Assembly: GCA_028282485.1 (NCBI GenBank)
Contig: JANQHU010000414.1
Coordinates: forward strand, 1-25,445
Direction: 5' to 3'
DNA: 25,445 nucleotides
Source: Bacillota bacterium
GTDB taxonomy: Bacteria > Bacillota > UBA4882 > UBA8346
The first letter of the stretch is position 1, and each line of letters begins with the position of its first letter. Made by a program: the position numbers and the translations under genes. This document shows, in pieces, positions 1 through 12,537 of the stretch. The notes under the pieces were generated by a model, which worked only from the letters and a program-made list of their open reading frames with translations, had not been told where the DNA came from and ran no database searches.

Positions 1-95
1 TTACACCTATTGCTATGGAAGAAGGGTTGCGTTTCGCTATTCGGGAAGGTGGCCGTACCGTAGGTGCTGGTGTTGTTACGAAAATTATTGAATAG
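1..95 (+). CDS. tuf: Elongation factor Tu, 3' end (partial, frame begins at base 3)
   Basis: Manual translation [30 protein letters not shown] is the conserved EF-Tu C-terminus; TAG at 93-95; it lies directly upstream of rpsJ. Confidence 0.97.
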   Translation, partial: TPIAMEEGLRFAIREGGRTVGAGVVTKIIE

Positions 96-99
96 TAAC

Positions 100-131
100 A
101 TTCTTGCCGGGAATTAATTCCCGGCAAGAAT
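100..131. repeat. Perfect 32-bp palindrome (stable RNA hairpin) in the tuf-rpsJ spacer
   Basis: ATTCTTGCCGGGAATTAATTCCCGGCAAGAAT equals its own reverse complement; no U-tract follows on either strand. Confidence 0.9.
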
Positions 132-165
132 AAAATTAAACGGTAATAAGCAAGGGGGGAAAATA

Positions 166-474
166 ATGGCTACTCAAAAAATTCGAATTCGCTTAAAAGC
201 TTTTGATCATAAATTGCTTGATCAGTCGGCGGAAAAGATAGTTGAGACGGCAAAAAGAACTGGAGCTTTTGTTTCAGGACCCATTCCACTTCCAACGGAA
301 AAGCATATTTATACTGTACTGCGGTCAGTTCATGTAAATAAAGATTCACGAGAGCAGTTTGAAATGCGTTCTCATAAACGCGTAATTGATATATTAGAAC
401 CTAGTTCAAAGACGGTGGATGCTTTAATCCGATTAGATTTACCCGCTGGGGTGGATATTGAAATCAAATCTTAG
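166..474 (+). CDS. rpsJ: 30S ribosomal protein S10
   Basis: [19 protein letters not shown] and DSREQFE motifs; SD GGGGGA upstream. Confidence 0.99.
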   Translation: MATQKIRIRLKAFDHKLLDQSAEKIVETAKRTGAFVSGPIPLPTEKHIYTVLRSVHVNKDSREQFEMRSHKRVIDILEPSSKTVDALIRLDLPAGVDIEIKS

Positions 475-529
475 AAAAAATTGAAACTATTTTATAGTAA
501 GTAATCGGAAGATGTAAGGAGGTGTAAGT

Positions 530-1165
530 ATGGCTAAAGGAATTTTGGGTAAAAAAATAGGAATGACACAAATTTTTAGTCCGGAAGGCCGAGCTATTCC
601 AGTAACCGTAATTGAAGCCGGACCCTGTTTGGTTGTTCAAAAAAAGTCTGTTACTACCGACGGATATGATGCCATACAATTAGGTTTTTCAGAACGAAAA
701 GAACGACTAGTAAATAAACCGCTGAAGGGTCATTTTGATAAAGCAAAAGTCAAACCATGTAAGTTTTTGCGTGAGATTCGAATCAAGAAAAATGAAAATT
801 ATGATTTAGGCCAAGAAATTAAGGCGGATATCTTTAAAGAAGGCGAATTAGTTGATATTATTGGTACTTCTAAAGGGAAAGGTTTTTCCGGGGTTATCAA
901 ACGTTGGAATTTCAATCGAGCGCCCATCTCCCATGGTTCAATGTATCATAGAAGACCAGGTTCATTAGGAGCTACTGATCCGGCCAGAGTTTTTAAAGGT
1001 AGAAAGATGCCGGGACATCTGGGTAATGAAAGAATAACCTTGCAGAGACTACAAATAGTAAGAGTAGATGCTGAGCGTAATTTGATCTTAATTAAAGGTT
1101 CTGTCCCCGGTGCTAAAGGCGGAATGATTATGATTAAGGAAACTTTAAAATCAGTTAAGAAATAA
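530..1165 (+). CDS. rplC: 50S ribosomal protein L3
   Basis: [19 protein letters not shown] and HRRPGS motifs; SD AAGGAGGT. Confidence 0.99.
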   Translation: MAKGILGKKIGMTQIFSPEGRAIPVTVIEAGPCLVVQKKSVTTDGYDAIQLGFSERKERLVNKPLKGHFDKAKVKPCKFLREIRIKKNENYDLGQEIKADIFKEGELVDIIGTSKGKGFSGVIKRWNFNRAPISHGSMYHRRPGSLGATDPARVFKGRKMPGHLGNERITLQRLQIVRVDAERNLILIKGSVPGAKGGMIMIKETLKSVKK

Positions 1166-1198
1166 GTTTTTTAATGGTAAGAAAGAGGAGGAAAAAGA

Positions 1199-1819
1199 AT
1201 GCCGACTGTACCAGTCTATAATACTAACGGTTCACAGGTAGGCGAGATTAATTTGAGCGAAAAAGTATTTGGTGCAAAAATTAATGAATCTTTATTGCAT
1301 CAAAGTGTGGTTATGCAACTTAGCTCTAGACGCTTAGGAACAGTTGCGGTAAAAAATCGATCAGCTGTTCGCGGTGGTGGTAAAAAACCCTGGCGCCAAA
1401 AAGGAACGGGTCAAGCCCGCCATGGTACTCGTCGTTCTCCGATTTGGACCGGTGGTGGTGTGGTTTTTGGACCAATGCCTAGAGATTATAAATATAAGTT
1501 GCCCAAAAAAGCAAGAAGACACGCTCTTAGATCTGCTTTATCTGCTAAGTTAGAGTCAGGAGAAATACTAGTTTTAGATACAATCGAATTTGATAAACCT
1601 AAGACTAAAAACATGATCGGGGTATTAGAAAATTTAAAAGTGAATAAGCCTCTTTTAGTAACGGCTGATTATCAAGAAAATGTGGAAAAATCAGCAAGGA
1701 ATATCCCTGGAGTTTTAACAATGATTTCCGAAAGCCTAAATGTATACGATATCTTGGTCCAAGGGAATTTAGTAATTACCAAAGATGCGGTAGCAAAGGT
1801 AGAGGAGGCGTTAGGATAA
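1199..1819 (+). CDS. rplD: 50S ribosomal protein L4
   Basis: RGGGKKPWRQKGTG and GGGVVFGP motifs; operon position. Confidence 0.99.
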   Translation: MPTVPVYNTNGSQVGEINLSEKVFGAKINESLLHQSVVMQLSSRRLGTVAVKNRSAVRGGGKKPWRQKGTGQARHGTRRSPIWTGGGVVFGPMPRDYKYKLPKKARRHALRSALSAKLESGEILVLDTIEFDKPKTKNMIGVLENLKVNKPLLVTADYQENVEKSARNIPGVLTMISESLNVYDILVQGNLVITKDAVAKVEEALG

Positions 1820-2103
1820 TGGATCTGCGCGATATTATTAAAAAGCCATTGATTACCGAAAAAACTACCAAATTGATGGAAGAAAACAAATACTGTTTTC
1901 TAGTAGACCCGAAAGCCAATAAGTATCAAATTCGCCAAGCTGTAGAACAGCTGTTTAAAGTTGAAGTAAAAGCGGTTAATACTTACAATATGCTTGGTAA
2001 ACTAAAGCGGATGGGTCGCCATCAGGGCAGACGTCCTAGTTGGAAACGAGCAATAGTAACCTTAGAAAATGGTAATCGAATTGAATTTTTTGAAGGTGTT
2101 TAA
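1819..2103 (+). CDS. rplW: 50S ribosomal protein L23
   Basis: KPLITEK, ANKYQI and WKRAIVTL motifs; TAATG stop-start overlap with rplD. Confidence 0.99.
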   Translation: MDLRDIIKKPLITEKTTKLMEENKYCFLVDPKANKYQIRQAVEQLFKVEVKAVNTYNMLGKLKRMGRHQGRRPSWKRAIVTLENGNRIEFFEGV

Positions 2104-2139
2104 CAATAAGGATTATATAAGAAATGGAGGTTAGGAAAA

Positions 2140-2961
2140 ATGCCGGTAAAAAAATACCAACCAACCTCACCAGGTAGACGTTTTATGACAGTCTCTGATT
2201 TTAAGGAAGTTACCAAAGATTATCCTGAAAAATCATTAGTAGTACCCTTAAAACGAACCGGGGGGCGAAATTCGTCCGGAAGAATGACTGTACGTCATCG
2301 CGGTGGCGGACATAAAAGAATGTATCGAATTATAGATTTCAAACGAAATAAATTCGATATTCCTGCTAAAGTAGCAGCCATAGAATATGACCCAAATCGG
2401 TCGGCATTAATTGCCTTACTACATTATGTTGATGGAGAAAAAAGATATATTTTAGCGCCAGTGGGCCTAAAAGTTGGGGATGTAGTGTTATCAGGAAGTA
2501 ATTCGGATATTAAACCGGGTAATGCCTTACCGTTATCAGCAATCCCTGTGGGGACCATTATTCATAATATTGAACTGCGTAAAAAACAGGGTGGTCAACT
2601 TGTCAGATCAGCCGGAGCCGGAGCTCAATTAATGGCTAAAGAAGGTAATCACGCCAATATTAGGTTGCCTTCCGGCGAAATGCGTTTAGTAAGAATCGAA
2701 TGCATGGCTACTATCGGCCAAGTTGGTAATCTAGAACACGAAAACATTAAGATTGGGAAAGCTGGCCGTTCGAGATGGTTAGGGATCCGTCCTGAAAATC
2801 GTGGTGTAGCAATGAATCCGATTGATCATCCACATGGTGGTGGTGAAGGACGTTCGCCAATTGGTCGGTCACCAGTTACTCCGTGGGGTAAACCAGCATT
2901 AGGACGTCGTACTCGAAAAACTAAAGCGTCAGATCGCCTTATTTTAAAACGACGATCATAA
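2140..2961 (+). CDS. rplB: 50S ribosomal protein L2
   Basis: [16 protein letters not shown] and [13 protein letters not shown] motifs. Confidence 0.99.
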   Translation: MPVKKYQPTSPGRRFMTVSDFKEVTKDYPEKSLVVPLKRTGGRNSSGRMTVRHRGGGHKRMYRIIDFKRNKFDIPAKVAAIEYDPNRSALIALLHYVDGEKRYILAPVGLKVGDVVLSGSNSDIKPGNALPLSAIPVGTIIHNIELRKKQGGQLVRSAGAGAQLMAKEGNHANIRLPSGEMRLVRIECMATIGQVGNLEHENIKIGKAGRSRWLGIRPENRGVAMNPIDHPHGGGEGRSPIGRSPVTPWGKPALGRRTRKTKASDRLILKRRS

Positions 2962-2981
2962 GTTGAAAGGAGGGAATAAAA

Positions 2982-3266
2982 ATGTCACGTTCATTAAAGA
3001 AAGGGCCATATATTTTAGAAAGCCTCCTGAAAAAGATTGAAGAGTTAAATTCACTTGGTGAAAAACGAGTTATTAAAACTTGGTCAAGAAGTTCGACAAT
3101 CTATCCTGAAATGGTGGGCCATACAATTGCGGTTCATGACGGACGGAAACATGTTCCGGTATATATTATTGAAGAAATGGTGGGGCATAAATTAGGTGAG
3201 TTTGCGCCCACAAGAACTTATAAGGGCCATGCATCACATAACGAAAGAAGTACTGGGGCAAGATAA
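2982..3266 (+). CDS. rpsS: 30S ribosomal protein S19
   Basis: [17 protein letters not shown] and [13 protein letters not shown] motifs. Confidence 0.99.
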   Translation: MSRSLKKGPYILESLLKKIEELNSLGEKRVIKTWSRSSTIYPEMVGHTIAVHDGRKHVPVYIIEEMVGHKLGEFAPTRTYKGHASHNERSTGAR

Positions 3267-3305
3267 AGATTAAGTTTTACCTCGAGGTGAGGGGAGGTTT
3301 TAATT

Positions 3306-3644
3306 ATGGAAACTAAAGCAACTGCGCGATTTGTAAGGATAGCGCCACGTAAAGCCAGACAAATAATTGACTTGATTAGAGGCAAAGCTGTTAATGATGC
3401 GCAAATTGTTTTGAAATTTATACCACGATTTTCTGCAGCTGTTGTGACAAAAGTATTAAATTCAGCGATTGCCAATGCCGAAAATAACTTTCAATTAAAG
3501 CGGGATAATTTATATATTACCGAAGCTTATGTAAATCAAGGACCGACAATGAAAAGATATATGCCGCGCGCACAAGGGCGTGCCTCCTTGATTCATAAAA
3601 GAACCAGTCATATTACGGTTGTCGTGGCTGAAAAGGAGGATTAA
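3306..3644 (+). CDS. rplV: 50S ribosomal protein L22
   Basis: [17 protein letters not shown] and PRAQGRA...KRTSHIT motifs. Confidence 0.99.
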   Translation: METKATARFVRIAPRKARQIIDLIRGKAVNDAQIVLKFIPRFSAAVVTKVLNSAIANAENNFQLKRDNLYITEAYVNQGPTMKRYMPRAQGRASLIHKRTSHITVVVAEKED

Positions 3645-3645
3645 T

Positions 3646-4314
3646 ATGGGTCAAAAAGTAAATCCAATCGGGTTTCGCGTAGGTGTCATTAAAGACTGGG
3701 AAGGCCGATGGTTTGCCAGAAAACAAGATTATGCCAAATTAGTATATGAAGACGTTAAAATTAGGAAGTATATTAAAAAACGTTTATATACCTCAGGAGT
3801 AGCTAAAATCGAAATTGAGCGAGCTGCTAATCGCGTCAAGATTACTATTCACACTGCCAGACCGGGAATGGTAATTGGGCGACATGGAGCCGAAATCGAT
3901 GCAATTCGAAAAGAAATTGAAAAGTTCTCCGGAAAACAAATTCACTTAAATATTGTTGAAATTAAATCTCCGGAAATGACAGCCCAATTAGTTGCTGAGA
4001 ATATTGCTTTTCAAATTGAGAGACGTTCGTCATATCGACGAGCCATGAAACAAGCAATTACTCGAACAATGAAACAAGGGGCACAAGGAATTAAAATTAA
4101 TTGTAGTGGACGTTTAATGGGTGCAGAAATTGCGCGTAGTGAAGGATATAGTGAAGGTAAAATTCCCTTGCATACCTTAAGAGCGGATATTGATTATGGA
4201 TTTGCCGAAGCTAATACAACTTATGGTAAAATTGGTATTAAAGTCTGGATTTATAAAGGTGAAATTTTGCCAATCAAAAAAAGAGTTGCTGCGCGTGTAG
4301 AAGGAGGCGTCTAA
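3646..4314 (+). CDS. rpsC: 30S ribosomal protein S3 (start corrected from ORF track 3619)
   Basis: [12 protein letters not shown]-terminus; SD AAGGAGG at 3633-3639; KH domain and [11 protein letters not shown]. Confidence 0.98.
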   Translation: MGQKVNPIGFRVGVIKDWEGRWFARKQDYAKLVYEDVKIRKYIKKRLYTSGVAKIEIERAANRVKITIHTARPGMVIGRHGAEIDAIRKEIEKFSGKQIHLNIVEIKSPEMTAQLVAENIAFQIERRSSYRRAMKQAITRTMKQGAQGIKINCSGRLMGAEIARSEGYSEGKIPLHTLRADIDYGFAEANTTYGKIGIKVWIYKGEILPIKKRVAARVEGGV

Positions 4315-4316
4315 AG

Positions 4317-4751
4317 TTGCTATTACCGAAACGTGTCAAGTTTAGAAAAGTTCACCGTGGCCGCATGAAAGGAAGAGCAACCAGAGGAGCAGAACTCTTT
4401 CATGGTGAGTTCGGATTACAAGCCTTAGAGCCGGGTTGGATAACTAATGTTCAAATCGAAGCTGCTCGAATTGCCTTAACTCGTTATTTAAAGCGTATTG
4501 GTAAAGTGTGGATCAGGATTTTTCCTGATAAAACAGTTACTGAAAAACCAGCTGAGACTCGTATGGGTAGCGGTAAGGGCTCTCCCGAACACTGGGTTGC
4601 AGTAGTTAAGCCAGGTCGAATTATGTTTGAAGTTGAAGGTGTACAAGAAGATGCAGCGCGGGAAGCAATGCGCTTGGCATCCCATAAACTTCCTATCAAG
4701 TGTAAATTTATTAAACGAGAGGAAGCAGGTGGCAAAACTCATGAAGGTTAG
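4317..4751 (+). CDS. rplP: 50S ribosomal protein L16 (TTG start)
   Basis: [18 protein letters not shown] and RMGSGKG motifs; SD GGAGG within the rpsC 3' end. Confidence 0.99.
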   Translation: MLLPKRVKFRKVHRGRMKGRATRGAELFHGEFGLQALEPGWITNVQIEAARIALTRYLKRIGKVWIRIFPDKTVTEKPAETRMGSGKGSPEHWVAVVKPGRIMFEVEGVQEDAAREAMRLASHKLPIKCKFIKREEAGGKTHEG

Positions 4752-4971
4752 AGAAATTAAAGAGAAATTAAAAGAAACTAGGGAAATGTCCTTAGACCAA
4801 TTAAATGATAAATTATCTAGCTTAAAAGAAGAATTATTCAACCTTCGTTTTCAACTTGCTACTGGTCAATTAGATAATCAAATGCGAGTAAGAGATGTTC
4901 GACATGAAATAGCAAGAGTAAAAACGATTATTAGAGAACATCAATTAAAGCAAGTAATGAATAATCAGTAG
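4741..4971 (+). CDS. rpmC: 50S ribosomal protein L29 (start corrected from ORF track 4627)
   Basis: [17 protein letters not shown] and IARVKTI motifs; ATG at 4741 overlaps the rplP 3' end, the usual arrangement. Confidence 0.95.
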   Translation: MKVREIKEKLKETREMSLDQLNDKLSSLKEELFNLRFQLATGQLDNQMRVRDVRHEIARVKTIIREHQLKQVMNNQ

Positions 4972-4991
4972 TTAGAGAGGAGGCTATAACC

Positions 4992-5249
4992 ATGAATGAA
5001 AGGCCACTTCGGAAAACAAGAGTTGGCGAAGTTATTAGCGACAAAATGAATAAGACCGTCGTAGTTGCAGTGGTGCGTAGAGTGCGTCATCCGTTGTATG
5101 GCAAAATTTTAAAGCGTACTGCCAATTATAAGGCCCATGACGAATTGAATGAGTGTCGTATTGGTGACAAGGTAGAAATTATGGAAACTCGGCCAATCAG
5201 CAAAGATAAAAGATGGCGTGTTGTTAATATTATCGAAAAAGCAAAATAA
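4992..5249 (+). CDS. rpsQ: 30S ribosomal protein S17
   Basis: [17 protein letters not shown] and [11 protein letters not shown] motifs. Confidence 0.99.
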   Translation: MNERPLRKTRVGEVISDKMNKTVVVAVVRRVRHPLYGKILKRTANYKAHDELNECRIGDKVEIMETRPISKDKRWRVVNIIEKAK

Positions 5250-5274
5250 CTCCGTGTGAAAGGAGGGAAAATTT

Positions 5275-5670
5275 ATGGTACAAAAAGAAACCCTATTAAA
5301 TGTTGCCGATAATTCTGGTGCAAAATCAATAATGTGTATCTGTGTTCTGGGAGATTCCGGCCGACGGTACGCTAGAGTAGGGGATATTATAAAAGGTGTA
5401 GTAAAAAGTGCATTGCCTCCCTCTGCAAGTCGAAAAGGAGCCGGCGGCAGTAGCGTTAAAAAGGGTGAAGTAGTTAAAGCTGTAATTGTACGTACTAAAA
5501 AGTATATTAAACGTCCGGACGGATCCTACATCCGTTTTGACGATAATGCAGCCGTCGTTTTAAATGAGCAGCAAAACCCAAGAGGTACTCGTATTTTTGG
5601 ACCAGTTGCACGTGAATTACGGGATAAAAACTTTATGAAAATAGTTTCACTTGCCCCAGAAGTATTATAA
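5275..5670 (+). CDS. rplN: 50S ribosomal protein L14, with a 9-aa insertion (131 aa)
   Basis: VADNSGA, FDDNAAV and [13 protein letters not shown] motifs; extra PSASRKGAG after P48. Confidence 0.99.
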   Translation: MVQKETLLNVADNSGAKSIMCICVLGDSGRRYARVGDIIKGVVKSALPPSASRKGAGGSSVKKGEVVKAVIVRTKKYIKRPDGSYIRFDDNAAVVLNEQQNPRGTRIFGPVARELRDKNFMKIVSLAPEVL

Positions 5671-5749
5671 TTTTTTGCTAGATGCTTTTAGTTAGTAAAA
5701 AAATTATGAAAGTTATTTAAGTAAGCACTGTTTAGGGGGGAGAATCAAG

Positions 5750-6070
5750 ATGGCATCAGGTAATGTAAAAAAAGGTGACGAAGTAGAAGTATTGTCAGGA
5801 AAAGATCGGGGAAGAAGAGCTAAGGTATTAAGAGTAATGCCTAATATAGATGCAGTAATCCTGGAAGGATTGAATATTGCCAAGCGACATACCAAAGCTA
5901 ATAAGTCTAACCCACAAGGTGGAGTGATCGATAAATCATTACCCTTGAAGCGCTCGAAAGTAATGGTAGTATGTCCGGGTTGTAATAAACCTACTCGAGT
6001 TCGCCGTGAAAAAGCTTCTGATGATAATAAAGTTAGAGTTTGTATTAAATGTAACCAAAAGTTGGATTAA
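5750..6070 (+). CDS. rplX: 50S ribosomal protein L24 (retains two CxxC motifs)
   Basis: VKKGDEVEVLSGKDRG KOW motif; CPGC and CIKC. Confidence 0.98.
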   Translation: MASGNVKKGDEVEVLSGKDRGRRAKVLRVMPNIDAVILEGLNIAKRHTKANKSNPQGGVIDKSLPLKRSKVMVVCPGCNKPTRVRREKASDDNKVRVCIKCNQKLD

Positions 6071-6101
6071 AAGGTGTTAAAACAGAAAGGAGGTGCAAGC
6101 G

Positions 6102-6641
6102 ATGTCGCGTCTGAAAGAAAAATATCAAAAAGAAGTTATGCCGGGATTAACAAAACGGTTTGGATATAAAAATGTAATGGAAATTCCTCAGTGTAAGAAA
6201 GTGGTTATTAATATGGGGGTTGGGGATGCTACGGCAGACTCTAAAGCCATTGAAGCTGCTTTAAATGATCTAACGATTATTGCCGGACAAAAACCAATAG
6301 TTACCAAAGCCAAAAAGTCAGTAGCAGCTTTTAAATTACGAGCCGGAATGCCGATCGGTTGTAAGGTAACTTTACGTGGCGAAAGAATGTATCAGTTTTT
6401 AGATAAATTATTTTCGATCGCTTTGCCACGAATTAGGGATTTTCGCGGGGTATCTCCCAAGTCATTTGATGGTAGAGGTAATTATAGTTTAGGGGTACGG
6501 GAACAATTAATTTTTCCGGAAATCAACTATGATAAAGTAACCAAGGTTCGCGGGATGGATATTATTATTGTTACTTCGGCTGAAGAAGATGAAGAAGCCT
6601 ATGAATTGTTAAAATTAATGGGTATGCCTTTTAAAGGATAA
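6102..6641 (+). CDS. rplE: 50S ribosomal protein L5 (start corrected from ORF track 6093)
   Basis: [17 protein letters not shown] and PRIRDFRG motifs; SD AAGGAGGT at 6087-6094. Confidence 0.98.
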   Translation: MSRLKEKYQKEVMPGLTKRFGYKNVMEIPQCKKVVINMGVGDATADSKAIEAALNDLTIIAGQKPIVTKAKKSVAAFKLRAGMPIGCKVTLRGERMYQFLDKLFSIALPRIRDFRGVSPKSFDGRGNYSLGVREQLIFPEINYDKVTKVRGMDIIIVTSAEEDEEAYELLKLMGMPFKG

Positions 6642-6685
6642 AAAATGTTGAGCATAGTAAGCTATGTGAACGAGGAGGTTAATAA

Positions 6686-6871
6686 ATGGCCAAGACTTCG
6701 ATGATTGTAAAGTCACAAAGGACTCCTAAATATACTGTTCGAAAGCACAACCGTTGCAATCTATGTGGCAGGCCACATGGTTATATGCGTCGTTTTGGGA
6801 TGTGCCGGATATGTTTTCGTAAATTGGCACATCGGGGTGAATTGCCAGGTGTAGTAAAATCCAGCTGGTAA
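6686..6871 (+). CDS. rpsZ: 30S ribosomal protein S14 type Z (61 aa, Zn-binding)
   Basis: RCNLCGR and MCRICFR CxxC pairs; C-terminal SSW. Confidence 0.98.
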   Translation: MAKTSMIVKSQRTPKYTVRKHNRCNLCGRPHGYMRRFGMCRICFRKLAHRGELPGVVKSSW

Positions 6872-6899
6872 GATACCAAAAGGAAGGAGGTAAAATTAA

Positions 6900-7295
6900 A
6901 TGGTGATGACAGATCCAATTGCTGATATGTTAACTCGCATCCGAAATGCTATGGTTGATCGGAAAAAAATAGTAGAAGTACCTTCCTCTAAAGTTAAAAT
7001 CGAGATAGTTAAAATCCTAAAAGAAGAAGGCTTTATTCATGACTATGAGTCAGTAGATAAGGAAGTTCAAGGGTTAACAAGAATTTATTTGAAATATAAT
7101 GGCAAAGAAAATGTAATCTCTGGTCTAAAAAGAATTAGTAAACCAGGACTACGGGTATATGCTTCTAAAGAGGAGTTACCAAAAGTTTTAAATGGGTTGG
7201 GAATTGCTGTAATCTCTACTTCAAAAGGGATTATGACAGACCGGATAGCACGTAAAGAGGGTGTTGGCGGTGAAGTACTTTGTTATGTATGGTAA
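6900..7295 (+). CDS. rpsH: 30S ribosomal protein S8
   Basis: [24 protein letters not shown] and GGEVLCYVW motifs. Confidence 0.99.
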   Translation: MVMTDPIADMLTRIRNAMVDRKKIVEVPSSKVKIEIVKILKEEGFIHDYESVDKEVQGLTRIYLKYNGKENVISGLKRISKPGLRVYASKEELPKVLNGLGIAVISTSKGIMTDRIARKEGVGGEVLCYVW

Positions 7296-7318
7296 TTTTA
7301 ATATAAAAAGAAAAAATA

Positions 7319-7347
7319 TTGACATTTCAGAGAAAATGTTATAAATT
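7319..7347 (+). promoter_or_regulatory. Candidate internal sigmaA promoter upstream of rplF
   Basis: TTGACA (7319-7324), 17-nt spacer, TAAATT (7342-7347); an overlapping TGnTATAAA at 7337-7345; A-tract at about 7305-7316 upstream; enlarged 73-bp spacer. Confidence 0.6.
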
Positions 7348-7368
7348 TTTTGAATGGGGGTGTAAAAA

Positions 7369-7917
7369 GTGTCGAGAATAGGACGAAAACCCATAATAAT
7401 TCCCCAAGGGGTTCAGGTTGAACTAAATGGCAGTATGTTGACGGTAAAAGGGACCAAAGGTGAGCTCACCAAAACTTTTAATCCGGAAATTATCATTAAT
7501 ATTGAGAATGATATAATTAATGTACAACGGCCATCGGATGCCAAGAAACATCGTGAATTGCACGGATTGACTAGAACACTGATCGCTAATATGGTTGAAG
7601 GTGTAAATAAAGGTTTTGTCAAAGCCTTAGAAATAAATGGGGTCGGATATCGAGCCGCAAAGCAAGGAGCGAAATTAGTTCTCTCAATGGGGTATTCACA
7701 TCCGGTAGAAATTGAACCATTAGCTGGTGTTGAAATTGACGTTCCTGCTAATAACAAAATTATTGTTAAAGGTATTGATAAATATACCGTGGGGCAAATG
7801 GCGGCCCAGATCCGTGCGGTAAGAGAACCAGAACCTTATAAAGGTAAAGGAATTAAGTATGAAAATGAAGTTATCAGAAGAAAAGCAGGCAAGACCGGAA
7901 AAGGCGGTAAAAAGTAA
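7369..7917 (+). CDS. rplF: 50S ribosomal protein L6 (GTG start)
   Basis: [14 protein letters not shown] and PEPYKGKGI motifs. Confidence 0.99.
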   Translation: MSRIGRKPIIIPQGVQVELNGSMLTVKGTKGELTKTFNPEIIINIENDIINVQRPSDAKKHRELHGLTRTLIANMVEGVNKGFVKALEINGVGYRAAKQGAKLVLSMGYSHPVEIEPLAGVEIDVPANNKIIVKGIDKYTVGQMAAQIRAVREPEPYKGKGIKYENEVIRRKAGKTGKGGKK

Positions 7918-7948
7918 GATAGTTTTTACAGAAAGGAAGTGACATGGA

Positions 7949-8320
7949 ATGTTTAAAAAACCTCAACGCAACGAAGCCAGGTTACGCAGGCATAGGCGTC
8001 TTCGTAAAAAGATCAATGGAACTTCCGAGCGGCCGAGATTAAGTGTTTTTAGAAGTTTGAAGCATATTTATGCTCAAATAATTGATGATACAAAAGGAAT
8101 TACTCTAGTAGCCACATCAACTAAAGACCAGGACTTGGCTAAAGAATTAAACGGAAAGTCTGGAAATATTGAAGCTGCTAAACTAGTTGGGATTACCATT
8201 GCTAAAAAAGCCTTAACGCAAGGAATAAAAAAGGTAGTTTTTGATCGGGGTGGCTATATATATCATGGGCGGGCACAAGCTTTAGCGGTGGCTGCCAGAG
8301 AGAATGGTTTAGAATTTTAG
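7949..8320 (+). CDS. rplR: 50S ribosomal protein L18
   Basis: [13 protein letters not shown] and [13 protein letters not shown] motifs. Confidence 0.99.
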   Translation: MFKKPQRNEARLRRHRRLRKKINGTSERPRLSVFRSLKHIYAQIIDDTKGITLVATSTKDQDLAKELNGKSGNIEAAKLVGITIAKKALTQGIKKVVFDRGGYIYHGRAQALAVAARENGLEF

Positions 8321-8340
8321 CGAAGGGAGGATTAATAAGC

Positions 8341-8841
8341 ATGAAGCGGTTAGACCCTAATTCGTATGAATTATTTGAAAAAGTAGTCTATATAAATCGA
8401 GTCGCTAAAGTTGTCAAAGGTGGTCGGCGGTTCAGTTTTAGCGCTTTAGTAGTTGTTGGTGACGGTAATGGTCATGTAGGGGAAGGTATGGGAAAAGCAG
8501 CTGAAGTACCGGAAGCGATTCGGAAGGCTATTGAAAAGGCAAAGAAGAATTTAATTGAAGTTCCCTTAAAAGGAACAACAATTCCTTATCAAATTGAAGG
8601 TAATTTTGGGGCCGGAAAAGTCTTGTTAAAACCCGCGGCACCAGGAACCGGAGTTATTGCTGGCGGACCAGTTCGGGCCGTCTTGGAATGTGCCGGAGTA
8701 CGAGATATTCTTACTAAATCATTAGGTTCATCTAATGCAATTAATATAGTTAATGCCACAATCTCTGGATTAAAAGAACTTAAAAGTCCGGAACAAATCT
8801 TAGCAGCGCGTGGTAAGACTATGGATGACATCCTCAGTTAA
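8341..8841 (+). CDS. rpsE: 30S ribosomal protein S5
   Basis: [16 protein letters not shown] and [12 protein letters not shown] motifs. Confidence 0.99.
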   Translation: MKRLDPNSYELFEKVVYINRVAKVVKGGRRFSFSALVVVGDGNGHVGEGMGKAAEVPEAIRKAIEKAKKNLIEVPLKGTTIPYQIEGNFGAGKVLLKPAAPGTGVIAGGPVRAVLECAGVRDILTKSLGSSNAINIVNATISGLKELKSPEQILAARGKTMDDILS

Positions 8842-8856
8842 AATAGGAGGAACAGA

Positions 8857-9048
8857 ATGGATAATAATCAAAAACAAATACAAATAATATTACGTAAGAG
8901 TCCAATTGGTTATTCAAAAGACCAAAAGGAGACAGTCAAGATTTTAGGTCTCAATAAGTTAAATCAATCAACCTTAAAACCGGATAATCCGGCGATTCGA
9001 GGTATGATTGAAAAAGTTAAACATTTAGTTGAATTTAAAGAGGTATAG
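8857..9048 (+). CDS. rpmD: 50S ribosomal protein L30
   Basis: KSPIG, TVKILGL and DNPAIRGMI motifs; position between rpsE and rplO. Confidence 0.98.
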   Translation: MDNNQKQIQIILRKSPIGYSKDQKETVKILGLNKLNQSTLKPDNPAIRGMIEKVKHLVEFKEV

Positions 9049-9062
9049 GAGGTGTCTGTGAA

Positions 9063-9506
9063 ATGAAGGTTTATGAACTTAAACCAGCCCCCGGTTCGAA
9101 AAAAAAACGTAAACGAGTAGGGCGTGGAATCGGATCTGGTTGGAATAAGACTGCAGGTTATGGTCATAAAGGGCAGAAAGCTCGTTCAGGTGGTGGAAAA
9201 GGACCAGCCTTTGAAGGCGGACAGACGCCATTACAACGCCGTTTACCAAAACGGGGCTTTAATAATAAACGCTTTCGACGAGAATTAGTGATTGTATCTT
9301 TGGAACGCTTTAATTGTTTTGATGAAGGGACAGTTATTACCCCGGAATTATTATTAGAGTCAGGCATTATTAAGTCTTTTGGTGATGGAGTAAAAGTATT
9401 AGCAAATGGTGATTTAACTAAAAAACTTACTATTAAAAGTAATTATTTTAGTAAAACGGCAATAGAAAAAATTGAATCTGCCGGTGGCAAAGCCGAGGTG
9501 ATCTAA
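9063..9506 (+). CDS. rplO: 50S ribosomal protein L15
   Basis: [19 protein letters not shown] and [17 protein letters not shown] motifs. Confidence 0.99.
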   Translation: MKVYELKPAPGSKKKRKRVGRGIGSGWNKTAGYGHKGQKARSGGGKGPAFEGGQTPLQRRLPKRGFNNKRFRRELVIVSLERFNCFDEGTVITPELLLESGIIKSFGDGVKVLANGDLTKKLTIKSNYFSKTAIEKIESAGGKAEVI

Positions 9507-12233
<2,727 letters not shown>

Positions 12234-12236
12234 CAA

Positions 12237-12533
12237 ATGATTACAACAGTTGAAGGCTTACGTTATGGGCAATTAGTCAGATCAATAGCCGGAAGGGATT
12301 GTGGGGAGTACTATTTAATTGTGGGTTTTGAAGGTGAAAAGTATTTATTAATTACCAATGGTACAAATCATCCGCTCAAAGCTCCCAAAAGAAAGAATGT
12401 TAAACATTTAAAGATAACTATGTTGGTTGCCAAAGAAATTGAAGAGAGTTATTTACAAGAAAGAGAAGTATTAAATAAGTTGATTAAAGAAAAAATAACC
12501 AAATTGAAAAATGATTTAGAGGAAGGGGATTAG
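12237..12533 (+). CDS. KOW-domain RNA-binding protein (L14e-like)
   Basis: [13 protein letters not shown] and PKRKNVKHL; typical clostridial position between map and infA. Confidence 0.85.
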   Translation: MITTVEGLRYGQLVRSIAGRDCGEYYLIVGFEGEKYLLITNGTNHPLKAPKRKNVKHLKITMLVAKEIEESYLQEREVLNKLIKEKITKLKNDLEEGD

Positions 12534-12537
12534 CCGT

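Noticed and set aside
7322-7336. Possible CodY box at the internal rplF promoter
   Set aside because: About 5 mismatches to AATTTTCWGAAAATT in the best alignment.
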